From NCBI GenBank assembly GCA_963749075.1, contig CAVVLJ010000017.1, positions 864,001-928,000 on the forward strand: a DNA stretch of 64,000 bases, read 5' to 3'. Below are positions 9,401 through 17,774 of the stretch, one piece after another (the first letter of the stretch is position 1; each line of letters begins with the position of its first letter). The translations under genes and the position numbers were made by a program. This DNA comes from an uncultured Pseudomonadota bacterium. Lineage in GTDB: Bacteria; Pseudomonadota; Alphaproteobacteria; JACZXZ01. The notes below the pieces were generated by a model, which searched no databases, was not told the DNA's origin, and saw only the letters and a list, made by a program, of their open reading frames with translations.

Positions 9401-9914
9401 CATGGCGCTGCTCAAGAGGCGCATGCACGCGGCGGTCTCCTGGTCCTCGGACTACGAGCAGCTGGCGCGGCTCGAGCTCGAGCTCGGACACGCGGGCGAG
9501 GCGCTCGCCTCGGCGAGCTCGGCGATCGCACTCGCTCCCGGCAAAGGCGGGCTCTACCTCCTGCGCCGCGACATCGAGAAGGGGCTCGGGCGAAGCGAGA
9601 GACTTGCCACCCTCCATCTCGCCGCGGGCTACCGCGCGGGCGGCGACGCTCTGGCGCGCAACGGCCGGTATGGCCCGGCGCTGGCGTTCTACATGCGGGC
9701 ACTCAAGACCGTCGCGTCGCTCGCGGGCGCCGAGGACGACGACGAGCGCTTCGAGCTCGAGGCGTGCATGCGAACGCTCTCCGAGTTCCTCACCGCGAGA
9801 TATTCCGAGGACTACGCCAGCCGGTTCTGGCGCAGCATTGCCGCTGCCGCATTCCTCGAGGGCCGCCGCGAGCTCGTCGACGCGGAGGCTCGCCGGGTCG
9901 AAACGGAGCATTGA
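6456..9914 (+). CDS. nSTAND1-type P-loop NTPase, single TM helix, C-terminal TPR array
   Basis: PFPGLRPF..FFGRE, Walker A GSSGSGKSS, Walker B VVVDQFEELF, LTMRSDF, QLPILQHAL, IDISHESLIRGWRRL; TM VTAAVTFALAVVALLVVYAWG at about 7947-8009; TPR-like helices follow. Confidence 0.88.
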   Translation: MPDEPRLHPFPGLRPFETDEEYLFFGREGQSEEILRRLRRNRFLAVVGSSGSGKSSLVRAGLLPYLYGGFLAKAGSHWRVAIFRPGSDPLGGLARALNDAAVLGAGGLSAEDAARNAVLLEVTLRRSGLGLIEAVRLARLEGHENVLVVVDQFEELFRYAAAGGAPSKEGDADAFVKLLLEASGQSGLPIYVVLTMRSDFIGDCARFRDLPEAVTAGLFLIPRMTRDQRRAAIEEPVHVAGAEISRRLVNRLLNDVGDNPDQLPILQHALMRGWDYWTARAGEGRPLDLEDYQAIGGMAEALSRHADEAYDGLADERQRQIARRVLQCLTEKGTDNRETRHPSTVAAIAAAAGVEAAEVIAVVEAFRRPGRSFLTPSAEVPLEASSVIDISHESLIRGWRRLKGWVEEEAESARVYRRLAETAALRAQGQAGLWHDPDLAHALSWQARERPNAAWAERYHLGFEAAMAFLEESRVARDAEKAAEERRRNEALRRARRVTAAVTFALAVVALLVVYAWGQKRQAEEKQREATLAAEDLRVEARQSRRQLFSDQQTITAMTDTLIDNAALEGTLYPRRRKVTALTEIGDHEGAIAQLDTILAADPENLASIFDRGYEYLLVGRPEKAISDIRKYLGKHEEWNAYSNLAIAEAMRRNYGAAIKAIEQAIAHHDPTSLNIFDSEVAPEIQEATRHTILFADSASLFVALHYELAVLYAFTGDPRFEKALDEANAEEGKFRGSSDAYLLALNWAWLDVRAQERDENGELIDYGVYAGKGALWERAALSRPRYGDWARQSFLAFQKAYAARPEPRYAALAEWVARQLGSQELGGGETMAAESEDPRDMELRAEELESRTWGEDPMSHAEAQRSYSSAIELLEKEVAGNDLRRRDLLIALHLRRGQMRLDVNDAKGARDDAKRVIALDGTVSDAYRLLARTDLDDKERRGDYEAALKYDPANPDALQDYADMLERTAPGPQRQADLEHAMALLKRRMHAAVSWSSDYEQLARLELELGHAGEALASASSAIALAPGKGGLYLLRRDIEKGLGRSERLATLHLAAGYRAGGDALARNGRYGPALAFYMRALKTVASLAGAEDDDERFELEACMRTLSEFLTARYSEDYASRFWRSIAAAAFLEGRRELVDAEARRVETEH

Positions 9915-9929
9915 AGGAGCGGCGGAGCG

Positions 9930-11069
9930 TCACTTCTTCGCCTTGTCCGTGGGCGGCGCCACGCCGTAGGCCGTCTCCAGCAGCTGCGCGGACTTCTCCT
10001 CCTTCTCCTGGCGCAGCACGGCCGCGAGATCCCTGACGATGGCGGCGACGCTCGCGCTCCCCTTGCCCTCGACCGCCTCGTAAATGGCGAGCGCGTGACG
10101 GAAGTTCTGCTCGGCCTCCTTGAGCCTCTCCTCCTGCCACGAGTAGAGGCGCGCCAGCTCGAAATAGCGGTAGCCCGTCACGCGGAGGTCGGGCCAGTCG
10201 TGGTCGAAGGTCGCGGTGACGTCGCGAAGCAGCTCCTCGGCCTCCTTGAAATCGCGCGCGGCGGCCGGCCCCTCCTTCTTCGCGCGATGCCGGTAGCCGC
10301 TCGTCATGTCGAGCTCCGCCAGCTTGAATTTGACCGTGAGAGGGTCGTCCTCGCCGAGCATATTGCTCGCGGCAGCCAGGCGATTGAGCGAAAAGCGCCG
10401 GCTGCCCTCCATGAGCTGAGCGTTCTTGCTGTCCGCCGTTGCCCAGATCTTGAGCGCCGCGCGGTCGTCCTCCTTGGCCTCGTCGAGGCGGCCCTCCTCT
10501 TCGAGAATGATGCCGTGCCAGGCAAGCGTGAGGGCGGTCCTGGTGTCGCCTTCGGCCAGCAGCTTCCGCTGGAGCGCCAGCTCGACAAGGCGGCAGAGCT
10601 CGGCTTCCTTGAGCCGGAGGGCCTCCTTGCGCCGGCTGTCGTCGCTCTCGGGACCGTCGTCGAGCGCTCTCCAGCGCGAGAAGTAGTTGTAGGCCAGCCG
10701 CGCGAAGCTGTTCGCCGCGGGCAGCAGCGCTGCATCCGCCGACGCGAGGCCCGGCGGTGCCTGGCGGGCAAAAATGTCCTCGGCCCGCTTGTTGCCGAGG
10801 TCGATCTCGGTGAAATCCAGCATGAGCTGCGTGAGCGCGGGACGCGGACCGGCGGGATCCCTCTCCTTGGCGACGTCGCCCGCGGCCATCAGCAGCGCCT
10901 CGGCGCCGGCGAAATCGTCGGCCGCGGTCGCGTCGACTGCGGCATCGACGTAAGCCTGCCAGGGATCGGCGGCGGCTGCCGCGCGCCCCGGCGCAGCCAG
11001 GGCGCAGGCCAGGAGGAGCAGGAGCGCCGCCGTCAGGGAGCTGCCGCGGCGGCGCAGCGCTGCGATCAA
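9930..11069 (-). CDS. Secreted TPR-repeat protein (kinesin-light-chain-like repeats); start approximate
   Basis: Signal-like RRRGSSLTAALLLLLACALAAPGRAAAA; repeats such as EAEQNFRHALAIYEAVEG and EAKEDDRAALKIW. Confidence 0.7.
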   Translation of the reverse strand: MIAALRRRGSSLTAALLLLLACALAAPGRAAAAADPWQAYVDAAVDATAADDFAGAEALLMAAGDVAKERDPAGPRPALTQLMLDFTEIDLGNKRAEDIFARQAPPGLASADAALLPAANSFARLAYNYFSRWRALDDGPESDDSRRKEALRLKEAELCRLVELALQRKLLAEGDTRTALTLAWHGIILEEEGRLDEAKEDDRAALKIWATADSKNAQLMEGSRRFSLNRLAAASNMLGEDDPLTVKFKLAELDMTSGYRHRAKKEGPAAARDFKEAEELLRDVTATFDHDWPDLRVTGYRYFELARLYSWQEERLKEAEQNFRHALAIYEAVEGKGSASVAAIVRDLAAVLRQEKEEKSAQLLETAYGVAPPTDKAKK

Positions 11070-11242
11070 GCGGCGACGGCAGCAGAAATGCCCCGTCGCC
11101 GCGCCAGCGCGCAGACCCGAGTGGAATTCCGCCTGCAAGGGTGAGGCACCTCCGCTCGCGCCATGATGCCACGAGCACTCCCTTGCGCCAAGACCAGCGC
11201 GGCGATTGCAGGCGCGCGGCGCGCCGCCGATCGGGTTCAATT

Positions 11243-11263
11243 CAATTATACGTGATATAATTG
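11243..11263. promoter_or_regulatory. AT-rich inverted repeat, putative regulator operator
   Basis: CAATTATA-CGTGA-TATAATTG, a perfect 8-bp IR in a divergent intergenic region. Confidence 0.5.
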
Positions 11264-11419
11264 TCCAATAAGCACGTTTGACACGTCCATTTCGGATATT
11301 ATCGTCATGAGGGGCGCCGCTGCGAGCTGGATCGCTTACGGGCGCCTTACAAGACCCGCCGAAGCGCAGTCTGCGCCCGGCGTCGCGCGTAGAAGGATAG
11401 AGAGCAAGCGAGGCCGCAC

Positions 11420-11608
11420 ATGCCGATCGAACCCCTTCGCAGTTGGCGCCATGCGGGCGACGAGCCCGCACTCCACGAAGTTCTCGCCGACCCGCTGGTG
11501 CATCTCGTGATGCGCCGCGACGGGATCACGGCCGGCGAATTGCAGAGCGCCATCGAGGGCGCACGCGCGAGCCTGCGGAGGGGTGTTTGTCCGTGCGCCG
11601 TTGCCTGA
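11420..11608 (+). CDS. Small hypothetical protein
   Basis: EPALHEVLADPLVHLVMRRDG motif typical of small alphaproteobacterial proteins; GAGG SD. Confidence 0.6.
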   Translation: MPIEPLRSWRHAGDEPALHEVLADPLVHLVMRRDGITAGELQSAIEGARASLRRGVCPCAVA

Positions 11609-11848
11609 GCGCGGGCCGGCCGAGCCGTGAGCGACGGGCCGCGCACACGTGGAAGTGAACGCGATTCCGCGCGCGCGGCCGCCTCGCCGCTTTCCGCCTC
11701 AGCGGCAAGTTGCTATCATTTGTCTCGAGTGCGCGCTCGTCCGGGCAGCGCCGGCCGACGGCATGGTTTCCTTGCGGCTGCGGCGCCAGTACTTTGAGCG
11801 CCGCGCTTCGGCCACCGCCAATCCGCCAGCCGCTCACGGAGGGTTCTG

Positions 11849-12598
11849 ATGGCGCAGCATGACGCATTCGGCCGCGCGCGCCGCGCTTTCCTGCGCCTCG
11901 CCGCCGCCACGGCGCTCATGGCCACGGCACGGCCGCTCGCCGCCTCCGCGCAATCGGCCGGCGCTGCCGCGCTCAAGATCGGCGTCATCGGCTCGGGCCG
12001 CCTCGGGGGCACGGTCGGCTCGCTGTGGGTCAAGGCGGGCCACCCGGTGCTGTTCTCCTCGCGCAAGCCCGAGGAGCTCAAGGGCCTCGTCGAGAGCCTC
12101 GGGCCGCTGGCGCGCGCCGGCACCGTGGCGGAGGCCATCGCATTCGGAGAGGCGATCCTCGTCGCCGTGCCCTACGCAGCACTACCGCAGCTCGGCCGCG
12201 ATTACGCCGCGGCACTCGCCGGCAAGGTGGTGCTCGACGCCTGCAATGCGATCGCCGCCCGCGACGGCGAGATCGCAAACGAGGCGAAGGAGAAAGGCGT
12301 CGGCCTGACCAGCGCCAAATACCTGCCGGGCGTGCGCCTGGTGCGCGCCTTCAACACCTTGTCCTACAGGGTCCTCTTGAGCGACGCGCACCGCGCCGGA
12401 GCGCCCGTGGCGATCCCCCTTGCCGGCGACGACCCCGCGGCGCTCAAGGTGGCCTCGCTTCTGGTGCGCGATGCCGGCTTCGATCCGGTGGTGGTGGGTC
12501 CGCTCGCGCGCGCCAGCGATTTTGCCAGCGGAACGCCGGTCTACCTGCAGGAGCTGACGGCGCCGGAGCTGCGTCGGCGCCTGTCGGTCAAAGAGTAA
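11849..12598 (+). CDS. NADP oxidoreductase (F420-dependent NADP reductase-like family) with Tat signal
   Basis: RRAFL plus hydrophobic stretch plus ASA cleavage site; Rossmann GVIGSGRLG; VRAFNT; GDD...AGFDPVVVG. Confidence 0.85.
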   Translation: MAQHDAFGRARRAFLRLAAATALMATARPLAASAQSAGAAALKIGVIGSGRLGGTVGSLWVKAGHPVLFSSRKPEELKGLVESLGPLARAGTVAEAIAFGEAILVAVPYAALPQLGRDYAAALAGKVVLDACNAIAARDGEIANEAKEKGVGLTSAKYLPGVRLVRAFNTLSYRVLLSDAHRAGAPVAIPLAGDDPAALKVASLLVRDAGFDPVVVGPLARASDFASGTPVYLQELTAPELRRRLSVKE

Positions 12599-12605
12599 GC
12601 CCGCC

Positions 12606-13949
12606 ATGGCTGAGAGCGACGGCACCACCACCTTGCACCGCTGGGTCGCGCGGGCGGTTCCGGTGACGCCGGCGGAGCTCGCGGCACTGCTCTGGTCCTT
12701 CGCCTATTTCTTCTCGCTCCTCGCCGGCTACTACGTGCTGCGGCCGCTGCGCGACCAGATGGGCATCGCCGGCGGCGTGCGCAACCTGCCGTGGATGTTC
12801 ACCGCGACCTTCCTCGTGCTGCTCCTCGCCCAGCCGCTCTATGGCGCGCTCGTGGCGCGGCTGCCGCGCGCGCGCTTCATTCCCACCGTCTATCACTTCT
12901 TCGTCGTCAACCTCGCGGCCTTCTGGGTGCTCCTCACGCTCCACGTCGCCACCGTCGAGGTGGCGCGCGTCTTCTTCGTCTGGGTCAGCGTCTTCAACCT
13001 CTTCGCGATCACGGTGTTCTGGTCCTTCATGGCCAACATCTTCACGAGCGAGCAGGGCAAGCGCCTCTTCGGCTTCATCGGCGCCGGCGGCACCGCGGGA
13101 GCGCTCCTGGGGCCGATCATCACGATCTGGCTCTCGGTCCCGCTCGGGCCGGTCAATCTCCTCATCGCCGCGGCCGTCCTCCTCGAATTCGCCGTCCTGT
13201 GCGCGCGCCGCCTGGAGAGGGCCGCGCGTGCCGGGGGCCACGTGCCTGAAGCGCCGCGCGCGGCCGCAGCCACAGCACCCGACGCCGAGCAGGCGCGCAT
13301 CGGCGGCAGCGCCTTCGCCGGCCTCATCGAGGTCTGCCGCTCGCCCTATCTCCTCGGCATCGCCGCCTGGGTCAGCCTGCTCTCCTTCACCGGCACCTTC
13401 CTTTATTACCAGCAGGCGAACATCGTCTCGGCGACCATCCATGGCGCGGGCGCGCAGACGCGGCTCTTCGCCGGCATCGATCTTGCGGTCAGCCTTCTTA
13501 CGCTGGCGACGCAATCCTTCGCCACCGGGCGCCTCCTCAAGCGCTTCGGCATCGCACCGGCGGCGGCGGCACTGCCCGCCGTCTATGTCGTGGCCTTCTC
13601 CGTCTTGGCCGTCGTACCCGGCCTCGCCGCCGTGGTCTTCTTCCAGACCATCCAGCGCATGATGAATTTCGCGATCTCCAACCCGGCGCGGCAGGTCTTC
13701 TACACCGTGGTCGCGCGCGAGGAGAAGTACAAGGCGAAGAACCTCATCGACGTGGTCGTCTTCCGCGGCTCGGATGCGCTCTACGGCTGGCTCTTCCTCA
13801 GCCTGCAGACGCTCGGCCTCAAGCTCGCCGCGATCGCCGCCTTCGCCATCCCGGTGGCGCTCGGCTGGTTCGTGCTATCGGCAGCGCTCGGCCGCACGCA
13901 GGAGCGCCGCGCCGCACTCATTGCTCCGCAGCCGGCGCAAGGAGACTGA
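12606..13949 (+). CDS. MFS-fold NTP/NDP exchange (NTT/TLC, ATP:ADP antiporter-like) transporter
   Basis: About 12 TM segments; YYVLRPLRD, FWSFMANIFTSEQGKRLFGFI and EEKYKAKNLIDVVVFRGSD family motifs. Confidence 0.8.
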   Translation: MAESDGTTTLHRWVARAVPVTPAELAALLWSFAYFFSLLAGYYVLRPLRDQMGIAGGVRNLPWMFTATFLVLLLAQPLYGALVARLPRARFIPTVYHFFVVNLAAFWVLLTLHVATVEVARVFFVWVSVFNLFAITVFWSFMANIFTSEQGKRLFGFIGAGGTAGALLGPIITIWLSVPLGPVNLLIAAAVLLEFAVLCARRLERAARAGGHVPEAPRAAAATAPDAEQARIGGSAFAGLIEVCRSPYLLGIAAWVSLLSFTGTFLYYQQANIVSATIHGAGAQTRLFAGIDLAVSLLTLATQSFATGRLLKRFGIAPAAAALPAVYVVAFSVLAVVPGLAAVVFFQTIQRMMNFAISNPARQVFYTVVAREEKYKAKNLIDVVVFRGSDALYGWLFLSLQTLGLKLAAIAAFAIPVALGWFVLSAALGRTQERRAALIAPQPAQGD

Positions 13950-13950
13950 C

Positions 13951-14865
13951 ATGACCCGCCTCACCAGACGCGATTTCACGGCGCTTGCCGCAGGGCTGGG
14001 TGCTGCCTCGCTGCTGCCGACGCTCGCCTCGGCACAGGGCTCTGCCCCAGCCGTCATTGCCAAGACCATTCCCTCGAGCGGCGAGCGCCTGCCGGCGGTC
14101 GGCCTCGGCACCTCGGGCGTCTTCGACGTAGGCAGCGACGCGGCAAAGCGCGCGGTCCTCGCCGAGGTGGTGCACAACCTCGTCGCCGGCGGTGGCAAGA
14201 TCATCGACACCGCCTCGACCTACGGCTCCTCCGAGGGGGTGGTGGGCGACCTCGTGGCCGCGGCCAAGCTGCGCAAGGACGTCTTCATCGCGACCAAGCT
14301 CGAGTCGCCGGACGCGGCCGAGCTCAAGCAGTCGCTCACGCGGCTGCATACCCCGCAGGTCGACCTCCTCCAGCTCCACAATGTCAACGAGAAAGGCCAG
14401 TCGCTCGCGCAGTTCCGCGACTGGAAATCCAAAGGCGTGTGCCGCTACATCGGCATCACGTCTACCTTCCACGGCGATTTCGGCGCCGTCGAGGCGGTGC
14501 TGCGGCGCGAGAAGCCGGATTTCGTGCAGATCGACTACTCGCTCGACGACCGCGAGGCGGAGAAGCGGGTGCTGCCGCTCGCCCTCGAGGTGAAGGCCGC
14601 CGTGCTGACCGCGCTGCCCTACGGCCGCGGCCGCCTCTTCCGCGCCGTGCACGGCAAGCCGCTGCCCGATTGGGCGAAGGAGTTCGACGCCGCGAGCTGG
14701 GGGCAATTCTTCCTCAAGTACCTCATCGGCAACGAGGCGGTGACGGCGGTCATTCCGGGCACCGCCGATCCGGCGCACATGAACGACAATCTGGGCGCCA
14801 TGCGCGGCCGCCTGCCCGACGCGGCCGAGCGCGCGCGCATGGTCGCGTTCGTGCAGTCGCTGTAA
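13951..14865 (+). CDS. Aldo/keto reductase with Tat signal
   Basis: TRRDF plus h-region plus ASA; GLGT, IDTASTYG, ATK, LLQLHN catalytic tetrad; AAGGAG SD. Confidence 0.9.
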   Translation: MTRLTRRDFTALAAGLGAASLLPTLASAQGSAPAVIAKTIPSSGERLPAVGLGTSGVFDVGSDAAKRAVLAEVVHNLVAGGGKIIDTASTYGSSEGVVGDLVAAAKLRKDVFIATKLESPDAAELKQSLTRLHTPQVDLLQLHNVNEKGQSLAQFRDWKSKGVCRYIGITSTFHGDFGAVEAVLRREKPDFVQIDYSLDDREAEKRVLPLALEVKAAVLTALPYGRGRLFRAVHGKPLPDWAKEFDAASWGQFFLKYLIGNEAVTAVIPGTADPAHMNDNLGAMRGRLPDAAERARMVAFVQSL

Positions 14866-15009
14866 GCGGCGCTGACGGACGGCGGCGGCAGGCACGGCGC
14901 CGCCCGTTGCGGATATCTCCGAACGTAACTATGTTGCTGCTGCGGCGTCGCCCGCGCCGGGGCATCCGCCGCGCCTCGGCAATTCGCAACTGACACTATG
15001 GGAAGCGCC

Positions 15010-15522
15010 ATGAGAACGACCGCAATGCGCCTTGTGCCGCTCCTCTCCCTCATCCTGGTCCTCTCGGCAGCGCCGATCGCGCGCGCGGCGGCGCCGGATC
15101 CCATGCTGGTGAACCGGGTCGTGGCACTCGTGAACGAGGCCCGCCAGCAACAGGGGCTGGCTCCCGTGGTCATCAACGGGAAGCTCATGCAGGTCGCCCA
15201 GGCCTTTGCCGAGGATCTCGCGAGCCGCCGCACGCTCGCGCACACCGACGCAGAGGGCCGCGACATCGGCCAGCGCTTCATGGCCGCCGACTACGTCTAT
15301 TCGCTGGCCAACGAGGCGGTCTACGGCGGCACCTCCAGCCCCGACGAGGCCGTGGCCACGCTGCTCTCGCAAGCCGGCAACCGCGACGCGCTCCTCAATC
15401 CGGCCGCTCACGACGTGGGCGTCGGCTATGCCTTCCGGCCCGACGACACGGCGAACCTCGGCCTCGGCTCCTATTGGGTGATCGATCTCGGCACTCAGGT
15501 CGAGCGCGGCCCGGGCCCGTGA
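15010..15522 (+). CDS. CAP/SCP-domain secreted protein
   Basis: Signal peptide; LVNEARQQQGLAP, AHTDAEG, DVGVGY, YWVIDLG. Confidence 0.8.
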   Translation: MRTTAMRLVPLLSLILVLSAAPIARAAAPDPMLVNRVVALVNEARQQQGLAPVVINGKLMQVAQAFAEDLASRRTLAHTDAEGRDIGQRFMAADYVYSLANEAVYGGTSSPDEAVATLLSQAGNRDALLNPAAHDVGVGYAFRPDDTANLGLGSYWVIDLGTQVERGPGP

Positions 15523-15537
15523 GCCGCCGGCGCGCCC

Positions 15538-16647
15538 TCATTTCGTGACGGTCACCGGCGCGCTCAGATAGCGCTCCACCACCGCCATGTCGGGATCGCA
15601 GCCGAGGCCCGGCCCCTCGGGCACCGCGACCTTGCCGCCCTTCGCTTGCAGCGCGGCGCCGAAGGGGCTCGCCTCGAGCTCGAGATAGAGGCGCTCGAAG
15701 GGCGCCTCGTGGGGAAGCGTTGCGGCGAGATGCAGCGAGGCGAGATAACCCGGGCCGAAATAGGCGCAGTGCGGCACCAGGCGCACGCCGAACGCCTCGG
15801 CGAGCGCCACCACCTTCCGCATCTCGCTGATACCGCCGATCTTGGTGACGCTCGGCTGCGCCACGTCGATGGCACCCGCCTCGAACATGTGGCGGAAATC
15901 GTGGAGGCCGCTCGCGTTCTCGCCGGCGGCGAGCGGGATGCCGCACGCGCGCACGCGCGCCAGGCCGCGGTGATCCTCGGGCGGCCACACCGGCTCCTCG
16001 AGCCAGGCGAGACGAAGGGGGAGGAGCGCTTCGGCCATCTCGCGCGCCTCGGCCACCGACCATGGGCAGTTGGTATCGAGCATCAAGGCGACATCGGCGC
16101 CGAGCGCCTCGCGCGCGGCGGCGACCGGCGCCAGCGTGATCTCGTGGAGCTTGACGGCGCGGTAGCCCTCCTGGGCCGCGCGCGCCGCCGTCTCGCGCAC
16201 GCTGCGCGGCTCGCCGTAGCGCAGCAGGCTCGCATAGGCGCTGAGCTCGCGCCGCGCGCTGCCGCCGAGGAGCTCGAAGAGCGGCCGGCCGCAGCGCTTG
16301 CCGGCAATGTCCCAGAGGGCGATGTCGATCGCCGAGAGGCCGTAGACGACCGGGCCGTTGCGTCCGAAGAGGTGGAGCTTCTGCGCCATCTCCGCCATGA
16401 GCGCCGTGATGTCGCCCGCCTCGCGGCCGATGAAGTGGGGAGCGATCAGCGTATCGATGGCCGTCTTGGTGGCGGGAGCTACGGCATGCCCGAAGCCCTC
16501 GCCCCAGCCGCTCAAGCCCTCGTCGGTCTCGAGCTTGACGAGAAGCATGGCCATGCGGCTCCAGCTTTGCCCCGCGAGCATCTGGGTCGCGGCACCGGTG
16601 GCGAAGGGAATATGGGCGAGGAGGGTCGAGATCGCCGTGATCTTCAT
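15538..16647 (-). CDS. Mandelate racemase/muconate lactonizing enzyme (enolase superfamily)
   Basis: GLSGWGE, SAIDIALWDIAGK, LMLDTN, WLEEP, AAGEN, QPSVTKIGG; GGAGG SD. Confidence 0.9.
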   Translation of the reverse strand: MKITAISTLLAHIPFATGAATQMLAGQSWSRMAMLLVKLETDEGLSGWGEGFGHAVAPATKTAIDTLIAPHFIGREAGDITALMAEMAQKLHLFGRNGPVVYGLSAIDIALWDIAGKRCGRPLFELLGGSARRELSAYASLLRYGEPRSVRETAARAAQEGYRAVKLHEITLAPVAAAREALGADVALMLDTNCPWSVAEAREMAEALLPLRLAWLEEPVWPPEDHRGLARVRACGIPLAAGENASGLHDFRHMFEAGAIDVAQPSVTKIGGISEMRKVVALAEAFGVRLVPHCAYFGPGYLASLHLAATLPHEAPFERLYLELEASPFGAALQAKGGKVAVPEGPGLGCDPDMAVVERYLSAPVTVTK

Positions 16648-16833
16648 GGGGCGGCAGCCTCCCTTGTGCGCGCCGGGGCGCGCGGCGGGCGAGGATAGCC
16701 CATTCGAATCGAGGCTCGCCAGCGCCCCGCCGACGAGGGCGGCACGATTCAGCTCCGCTGGCGTTCGTGCTAGACTCGCCTGCCCGCGGCCCGTTCGGGT
16801 CGCTGCGGCCGGTCTCGGCAGACGGGGGGAAGC

Positions 16834-17706
16834 ATGTGGCGGATCATGTTGGGCATCGTGGTTGCAGCACTCCTCTTGGGTGAGGCCAACGCCCAGCAGC
16901 AGCAGAAGCGGGCGGCAGCCGCCTGGATCACCGACAAGAAGGGCTGCCGCGTGTGGGACCCGGAGCCCAAGCCGGACGAGAGCGCCGCCTGGGACGGGCC
17001 TTGCCCGAACAACGTCGCCAGCGGAAAGGGCGTGCTGCAATGGTATCAGGGCGGCAAGCCGACCGATCGCTATGAGGGCGAGTACGGCGATGGGCGGCCC
17101 AACGGCAAGGGCGTCTATATCTGGGCGAACGGCAATCGCTACGAGGGCGAGTTCAAGAACGCGCTGCCGAGCGGCCACGGCGTCGTCGCGATGGCGAGCG
17201 GCTCGCGCTACGAGGGCGAGTGGGCGGAGGGCAGACCTAACGGCCACGGCGTCTATCAATGGTCGAACGGCAACCGCTACGAGGGCGAATTCAAGAACGC
17301 GCTGCCGAACGGCGAGGGCGTCGCCACCACGACAAGCGGCTTCCGCTACGAGGGCGAGTGGAAGGACGGGCTGCCCAACGGCCACGGCGTCAAAGCCTGG
17401 GCGAGCGGCGAGCGCTACGACGGCGAGCTCAAGAACAATCAGCGCAACGGGCCGGGCGTCTTCGTCTATGCCGACGGCAGCCGCTACGACGGCGAATGGC
17501 AGGACGGGCGCCGCAACGGCCGCGGCGTCTACGCCTGGACGAACGGCAACCGCTACGAGGGCGAGTGGAAGGACGATCGCGCCGAGGGTCAGGGAACCTA
17601 CCGCACGGCTGCGGGCGAGGTTTTCACCGGCACGTGGAAGGCCGGCTGCTTCCGGGAGGGCAAGCGCAGTGCCTGGGTTGACATCGCGAAGCCGGCATGC
17701 AAGTGA
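16834..17706 (+). CDS. Secreted MORN-repeat protein (single module)
   Basis: Signal peptide; about 9 YEGEW/F..G..NG.G repeats with 23-aa period; Cys-containing caps. Confidence 0.9.
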   Translation: MWRIMLGIVVAALLLGEANAQQQQKRAAAAWITDKKGCRVWDPEPKPDESAAWDGPCPNNVASGKGVLQWYQGGKPTDRYEGEYGDGRPNGKGVYIWANGNRYEGEFKNALPSGHGVVAMASGSRYEGEWAEGRPNGHGVYQWSNGNRYEGEFKNALPNGEGVATTTSGFRYEGEWKDGLPNGHGVKAWASGERYDGELKNNQRNGPGVFVYADGSRYDGEWQDGRRNGRGVYAWTNGNRYEGEWKDDRAEGQGTYRTAAGEVFTGTWKAGCFREGKRSAWVDIAKPACK

Positions 17707-17774
17707 CTGCGGCGCGCGGCACGGGGGCGGGGCCACCGCTTGCCGCCGCGGGTATGCGTGAGAAGAGACGGCGC

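Noticed and set aside
4736-9911. Very long antisense ORFs (626 aa and 1179 aa) opposite the TIR and STAND genes, and similar ones opposite rne, mrcA, glnE and the hydantoinases
   Set aside because: Shadow frames expected from high-GC codon bias; no recognisable motifs, while the opposite strand has clear family signatures.
11278-11302. TTGACA...TATTAT sigma70 promoter
   Set aside because: The spacer is only 13 nt, so it was not called as a promoter.
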